A stretch of 64,000 nucleotides of DNA, taken from NCBI GenBank assembly GCA_963750045.1, contig CAVVPD010000002.1, forward strand, positions 199,736-263,735, read 5' to 3'. The translations under genes were made by a program, and so were the position numbers. Under the pieces are notes generated by a model. That model ran no database searches. It worked only from the letters and a program-made list of their open reading frames with translations, and had not been told where the DNA came from. This document shows, in pieces, positions 56,221 through 64,000 of the stretch. The DNA is from an uncultured Actinomycetes bacterium (GTDB taxonomy: Bacteria; Actinomycetota; Acidimicrobiia; IMCC26256; DASPTH01). The stretch's first letter is position 1. Every line of letters starts with the position of its first letter.

Positions 56221-56607
56221 TCACAGATCGGAGAGGAGCGCTTGGACGACAAGGCGTCCGTCAGCGGATAGCGGGATTCCACTGCTCTCCGTGACGGCGG
56301 CGAGGGGAAGGGGCCCGTAGATGTGGGGGAACATCTCCTCGCCTCCGTTCGGGTTCTCTACCCGGATCTCCGCTTGCACCCGGGAGGGATCGATCGTCAG
56401 CAGCACGACGTCTTCCCGACCGTGGAACATGGCATCTGCGACTGCCTGCACCTGGTTCGCGAACGAGCAATGTATGAAGCCCTCGTCTTCGAGCGACTTC
56501 CCGAGCGTCGAACGACGGTAGGCGGCGCGCTCTTTCGTCGTCTCGTACCACTCATCGCGGAGTGCCAAGTGGTAGATGCGGTCAGGATGATCGGCACGTC
56601 GCGACAC
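56221..56607 (-). CDS. DUF952 family protein
   Basis: Trimmed to GTG 56607. IYHLALRDEW...GFIHCSFANQV...MFPHIYGPLP. Confidence 0.7.
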   Translation of the reverse strand: MSRRADHPDRIYHLALRDEWYETTKERAAYRRSTLGKSLEDEGFIHCSFANQVQAVADAMFHGREDVVLLTIDPSRVQAEIRVENPNGGEEMFPHIYGPLPLAAVTESSGIPLSADGRLVVQALLSDL

Positions 56608-56743
56608 GGTAAGAGCTTGGCCTGTTGGAGGGAGCGCCGCTACCCGGCGATGCGGGGACAGCCCCTTCCGAAATCCCTCGCCGGTTCCTGATTGCGCTGC
56701 GTACCGTTGCCGCCAAGCGCGGCTCGCGAAAGGATGAGAGCGA

Positions 56744-57112
56744 ATGCCTGTTCCGAAGCGGATCGGAATCACGGTGGATTGTCCGGACGCGGCACAGCTC
56801 GCCGCGTTCTGGGAACGCTGCCTCGGTTACACGCGCCGACCGGGCACGGCTGGGGGGCCGTACGTGACGCTCGAGAGAGGAGACGGGAGCCCGGACGGAC
56901 CGCCGCTCCTGACCTTTCAGACCGTTCCGGAACCGAAGACGTCCAAGGCTCGAATTCACCTCGACCTCTTCGTGGAACAGGCGCAGCCCCTCGTCGACGA
57001 AATGCGGGCCGCCGGCGCCTCGTTCGTGTCCCGCGCGGAAGCAGGCGACTGGACGACGCGCGTGTTACAGGACCCAGCCGGGAATGAGTTCTGCGTCATC
57101 GGACCCGACTGA
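56744..57112 (+). CDS. VOC/glyoxalase-like family protein
   Basis: ITVDCPDAAQLAAFWERCLGY...RIHLDLFV...VLQDPAGNEFCV. Confidence 0.75.
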   Translation: MPVPKRIGITVDCPDAAQLAAFWERCLGYTRRPGTAGGPYVTLERGDGSPDGPPLLTFQTVPEPKTSKARIHLDLFVEQAQPLVDEMRAAGASFVSRAEAGDWTTRVLQDPAGNEFCVIGPD

Positions 57113-57227
57113 TCGAGAAGCGGTTCTGAACTGCTGAGATCCAACGGCTGCAGACAAATGCTCGGGACGTACGGCTGCCCCGAAGTGCCGATGAGGGACG
57201 TCGCTCTGGTCGGCTGACCCACAACAG

Positions 57228-58325
57228 CTAGGCGAGCAGCTCGCGCAGGGCGCCGAGGAGCGTGGTCACCGAGCGCTCGCGCGCCGAGTGCCCCATCAGC
57301 CCGATGCGCCACGCCTGGCCGGCGAAGCGGCCGAGTCCGCCACCGACCTCGATGCCGAACGTGTCGAGGAGCGCCTTGCGCAACGTGGCGTCGTCGGCGC
57401 CGTCGGGCAACCATGCCGTCGTGAGCTCGGGGAGCCGGTACCCGTCGGGCACCACGAGACGGAAGCCGAGGTCGGGCAGCGCCTGCTGGAGTCGCATGCC
57501 GGCCGCCCGGTGACGGGCCCAGGCCGCGTCGAGCCCCTCCTCGAGCAACGCGCCGAGCGCGGCGTGCAGGGCGAACACCATCGCCACCGGCGCGGTGTGG
57601 TGGTAGACGCGGCTGGCGCCGTCGACGTAGTTCGCGATGAGCGAGATGTCGAGGTACCAGGACTGGGGCGGGAGCGCTCGCGTACGCACGCGGTTGACCG
57701 CTCGTTCGGAGAACGTGACCGGCGACAGCCCGGGGGGCACGCCGAGGCACTTCTGCGTGCCCGAGTAGCTCGCGTCGACGCCCCACGCGTCGATCTCGAC
57801 CGGGATCCCGCCCAGCGAGGTGACGGTGTCGACGACGAGGAGGGTTTCGGTCTCGCGCAACGCCGCGAGCGGCGCGATCTCGTTCTCGACGCCGGTGGAG
57901 GTCTCCGCGTGCACCACCGCGACGACGCGCGCTTCCGGACGAGCGCGCTGCGCGTCGAGGAGCCGTTGCGGCTCGAGCGGGAGTCCCCATTCCTCTTCGA
58001 TGCGCACGACGTCGGCACCGCAGCGGCGGGCCACCTCACACATGCGGTCACCGAACACGCCGTTGGCGCCGATGATCGCGGTGTCCCCGGCTTCGAGGAG
58101 GTTGACGAAGCACGCCTCCATCCCCGCCGAGCCGGTACCGCTGACCGGGAAGGTCAGCTCGTTCGTGGTGCCGAAGACCGTGCGCAGCCGCGCCATCGTC
58201 TCGTCCATGATGGCCAGGAACTCCGGGTCCATGTGCCCGACCATCGGCCGACCGAGCGCGGCGACGGCTTCCGGGTAGGGGTTCGACGGTCCGGGGCCGA
58301 GCAGCAGTCGATCGGTGATGGGCAT
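57228..58325 (-). CDS. Class V aminotransferase (serine-pyruvate/alanine-glyoxylate type)
   Basis: LLLGPGPSNPYPEAV, with the PLP lysine region SYSGTQKCLGVPPGLS. Confidence 0.85.
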   Translation of the reverse strand: MPITDRLLLGPGPSNPYPEAVAALGRPMVGHMDPEFLAIMDETMARLRTVFGTTNELTFPVSGTGSAGMEACFVNLLEAGDTAIIGANGVFGDRMCEVARRCGADVVRIEEEWGLPLEPQRLLDAQRARPEARVVAVVHAETSTGVENEIAPLAALRETETLLVVDTVTSLGGIPVEIDAWGVDASYSGTQKCLGVPPGLSPVTFSERAVNRVRTRALPPQSWYLDISLIANYVDGASRVYHHTAPVAMVFALHAALGALLEEGLDAAWARHRAAGMRLQQALPDLGFRLVVPDGYRLPELTTAWLPDGADDATLRKALLDTFGIEVGGGLGRFAGQAWRIGLMGHSARERSVTTLLGALRELLA

Positions 58326-58364
58326 CCGCGGAGCCTACGTCGCGGGCTCGGCGCGGCCCCGTTC

Positions 58365-58739
58365 CTAGACGCGCGCGAACACCGGGAACCAGTGCTGCAA
58401 CAACTGGTTCACCTCGACGACGACGTCGTCACCGACCGTCAGGCCGCGAGCGATCTCTGCGGCAGCCCGCGCCACGGGGGTGACATCGACATCGGGCAGG
58501 TCGACGCCGCGCTCCTCGGCGACCCGCTGCACCGTCTGCGCGGCGTCCCACGCCGCTTGCGCCGCGTGACGGGTGCGGTGCGAGTGGCGCAGCGCGCGGT
58601 CGATCGCGATCGTCGCGCGCCAAGCGTCGACCTCGTCGCCTGCAGTGTCGTCGGCGAGCGAACGCGCGACGCGATGGATGTCGTCCACCGACAGACGCCG
58701 GAGGGCGGCGTGGAACTCGGTCAAGGTCATGACGCCCAT
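58365..58739 (-). CDS. Hypothetical protein
   Basis: Trimmed from the track ORF to MGVMTLTEFHAALRRLSVDDIHRVARSL... Start 58739 or 58730. Confidence 0.45.
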   Translation of the reverse strand: MGVMTLTEFHAALRRLSVDDIHRVARSLADDTAGDEVDAWRATIAIDRALRHSHRTRHAAQAAWDAAQTVQRVAEERGVDLPDVDVTPVARAAAEIARGLTVGDDVVVEVNQLLQHWFPVFARV

Positions 58740-58827
58740 TCTCGGCACAGAGTTGTGTCGAGGTGGGGGATTTACGGGTTCGGGACGCGCAATTCCCCGT
58801 GAACTGCGTGTTTCCTCGGGTGCCGCC

Positions 58828-59754
58828 TCAGACCTGGCTCCGGACGAGACCGTCGAGGATGTCCGATTCCGACACCAACATGTCGTCGAAGCCGAGCACC
58901 CGGAAGATCCCCACCAGCACCGCCGCACCACCGACGATCACGTCGACCCGGCCGGCTTCGAGCCCGGGATTGTGGGCCCGCTGTTCGGCCGACTCGGTGG
59001 CGAGCGTGCGGAACACGTCTTCGGCGGCCTCCTTCGTGAGCCGGAAGTGGTGGATCCGCTCGGGGTCGTACCCGGGGAGACCCTGCTCCACCGCGGCGAC
59101 GGTGGTGACCGTGCCCGCCAACCCCACGAGCGTCACCGCGTCGAGCGCGCTCGGGATCACCCGAGGCACTTCGGCGACGAGGTCGCGCACCACGGCCACC
59201 GCGTTCGACAACTCCTCGGGCGCAGGAGGATCGGAGTGGATGAACTGCTCGGTGATGCGCACACATCCCATGTCGAGCGACACGAGCCCGACGGGTGCGT
59301 CGGTGCCGAGCACGAATTCGGTGGAGCCGCCACCGATGTCGACGACGAGGTAGGGCGCTGGGGCCTCGAGATCGGCGGTCGCGCCGAGGAACGACAGTGC
59401 GGCCTCCTCCTCGCCCGAGAGCAACTCGGGGGTGACACCGAGCGCGTCGTGCGCGGCGATGAAGAAGACCTCGCGGTTCGTGGCGTCGCGCGCCGCGCTG
59501 GTGGCAGTGGCACGCACTTCGGTCACGCCGTGCTCGGCGAGCGCGTCGCGGTATTCACGGAGCACGGTCACGGTCCGCTCGATGGCTTCGGGCGCGAGCG
59601 CACGCGTGCGGTCGACACCTTGCCCGAGCCGGGTGATGCGCATGCGCCGGTCGAGCGGCACGACCTTCGCGTCGCGCGGGGACGCGCCGTCGACCTCGGC
59701 GACGAGCAGGCGCACGGAGTTGGTCCCGATGTCGACCGCCGCCACCCGGCTCAC
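58828..59754 (-). CDS. ppx: Ppx/GppA family exopolyphosphatase
   Basis: GTG start at 59754 (GTGA overlap). VAAVDIGTNSVRLLV, VVDIGGGSTEF. Confidence 0.85.
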   Translation of the reverse strand: MSRVAAVDIGTNSVRLLVAEVDGASPRDAKVVPLDRRMRITRLGQGVDRTRALAPEAIERTVTVLREYRDALAEHGVTEVRATATSAARDATNREVFFIAAHDALGVTPELLSGEEEAALSFLGATADLEAPAPYLVVDIGGGSTEFVLGTDAPVGLVSLDMGCVRITEQFIHSDPPAPEELSNAVAVVRDLVAEVPRVIPSALDAVTLVGLAGTVTTVAAVEQGLPGYDPERIHHFRLTKEAAEDVFRTLATESAEQRAHNPGLEAGRVDVIVGGAAVLVGIFRVLGFDDMLVSESDILDGLVRSQV

Positions 59755-60257
59755 GCCCGCTCCCGTCGAAGCTGTGTCGTCGCTGCGACTCCCGCACGGC
59801 GGAGGGACGCCTGTTCGAGTTGGTCGTGGGTCCAGCGGCCGACGGGGTCGTCGCCACCCGCGAGGAAGTACGCATAGTGGGCGTGGAGGCATTTGACGCC
59901 GGCCCGGGTGCCACCGACGCCGCCCGACGGGCGGGGCCCGAGGCGATCGGCGGGGATCAAGGCGTCACGCTCGGCGGCGTAGCGCTCGTGCGCGACCTCC
60001 AGCGCCGCGGAATCGACCGCCGCCTGGCCCCGGCGCACGCCGCCGGCCGCCTCGAGGCGGGAGACCGCGACGCCGAGCGCAGCGTCGACCAGCCAGTAGC
60101 GGGTGGGCATGGGCGTGCCGTCACGGGTGAACGGCGCATTGCGCACCACGGCAGGACCGCCAGCTGCGTTGCGCACCACGACCTCGAACTCGGCTTGTGG
60201 CTCGCGCCCGAGCAGCGCGGCGAGCGCGGCGACATCGTCGGGAGCGGCCATGGCCAC
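59751..60257 (-). CDS. DUF501 domain protein
   Basis: PMPTRYWLVD...VKCLHAHYAYFLAGGDDPVG. Conserved position between the septum-initiator gene and ppx. Confidence 0.8.
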   Translation of the reverse strand: MAMAAPDDVAALAALLGREPQAEFEVVVRNAAGGPAVVRNAPFTRDGTPMPTRYWLVDAALGVAVSRLEAAGGVRRGQAAVDSAALEVAHERYAAERDALIPADRLGPRPSGGVGGTRAGVKCLHAHYAYFLAGGDDPVGRWTHDQLEQASLRRAGVAATTQLRRERA

Positions 60258-60274
60258 ATTCTACGAGGCGACCG

Positions 60275-63301
<3,027 letters not shown>

Positions 63302-63310
63302 TCGGCCGGA

Positions 63311-63330
63311 ATAGTTGTGTGAGCAACTAT
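63311..63330. promoter_or_regulatory. AT-rich inverted repeat ATAGTTG-N6-CAACTAT upstream of the pirin gene
   Basis: Read directly. A GTTGTG direct repeat follows at 63331. Confidence 0.3.
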
Positions 63331-63373
63331 GTTGTGACGGGGTGACCAGTCAGTCCCGACCCGGGAGGCCGCC

Positions 63374-64000
63374 ATGCCGGCAGTGACCGTCGACAACCCG
63401 CTCGTGCTCCCGCGCATCCCGCGTCCCGACCCTGCGACCGCCAGGGCGCGGGCGGCGCTGCGCACGGTCGCCGCGCACCACGCCGTCGAGGGCGCAGGCT
63501 TCGAGGTGTGGCGCCCCTTCCCGGGCGGACTCGACCTCCACGAGACCGACCCCTTCCTCCTCCTCGACCAGCTCGGCCCGGTCGAGTACGGGCCCGACGA
63601 GGCGGTCGGTGCGCCCTGGCACCCGCATCGTGGCTTCGAGACCGTCACCTACGTGCTCGACGGCGAGATCGCGCACCACGACTCCAACGGTGGGGGCGGC
63701 GTCATCGGCGAGGGCGACACGCAGTGGATGACCGCCGGCGGCGGGATCCTGCACGACGAGGTGCCCAGCGAGCGAGCGCTACGCGAGGGTGGGCCATCGC
63801 ACGGCATCCAGCTCTGGGTGAACCTTCCGTCGTCCTTGAAGTTCACGCCGCCGCGCTACCAGGCCATCACCGGCGACCGCCTCGTGCTCCTGACGTCCGA
63901 CGACGGTGGCGCACTCGTGCGTCTCATCGCCGGCGACCTCGCCGGTCATCCGGGCCCGGGCGACACCCACACCCCTATCACGTACGCGCACGCGACCGTC
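63374..64000 (+). CDS. Pirin family protein, 3' end off the window (not in the supplied ORF track)
   Basis: Own translation from ATG 63374: ...WHPHRGFETVTYVLDGEIAHHDSNGGGGVIGEGDTQWMTAGGGILHDEVP. Confidence 0.85.
   Translation, partial: MPAVTVDNPLVLPRIPRPDPATARARAALRTVAAHHAVEGAGFEVWRPFPGGLDLHETDPFLLLDQLGPVEYGPDEAVGAPWHPHRGFETVTYVLDGEIAHHDSNGGGGVIGEGDTQWMTAGGGILHDEVPSERALREGGPSHGIQLWVNLPSSLKFTPPRYQAITGDRLVLLTSDDGGALVRLIAGDLAGHPGPGDTHTPITYAHATV

Overview
High-GC (about 70% by eye) actinobacterial-type chromosome segment with no rRNA, CRISPR array, transposase or integrase. Left and centre (1-35600 and 44250-48330) form a dense catabolic island. It holds five intact amidohydrolase_2 genes plus one remnant, and four SCP-x/thiolase-like genes (three paired with DUF35 OB-fold genes) plus one remnant. 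It also holds four cytochrome P450s, two family III CoA-transferases (one a fused double domain), two acyl-CoA dehydrogenases, SDR/AKR/Zn-ADH oxidoreductases, a TesB-like thioesterase, a Liv-type ABC importer and TetR/MarR regulators. The rest is housekeeping: tRNA-Leu(UAA), a two-component system followed by a membrane-GT::Ppm1 fusion and a GT87-like gene, uppP, a ZIP transporter, a MATE pump, a PlsC-like/epimerase pair, orn, and the conserved actinobacterial block eno / septum-initiator / DUF501 / ppx. Points worth a second look: (1) DUF35 + SCP-x-like + amidohydrolase_2 genes recur together three times. (2) A signal-peptide-less tandem-duplicated periplasmic-binding-protein-fold gene sits inside a tightly coupled amidohydrolase/ADH/P450 operon. 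(3) At least seven genes, including housekeeping uppP and the ftsB-like gene, need a 1-2 nt correction to stay in frame; this more likely reflects sequence quality than gene decay. (4) There are gene remnants and truncations: a deletion scar at 10.4-10.6 kb, a TetR gene truncated at the 3' end of the tRNA, and a decayed NTF2/globin-like stretch. (5) Several sharp AT-rich palindromes are likely operators. Two real genes run off the window edges (1-2401 minus, 63374-64000 plus) and are absent from the supplied ORF track. Many long track ORFs are antisense artefacts of the high GC content.
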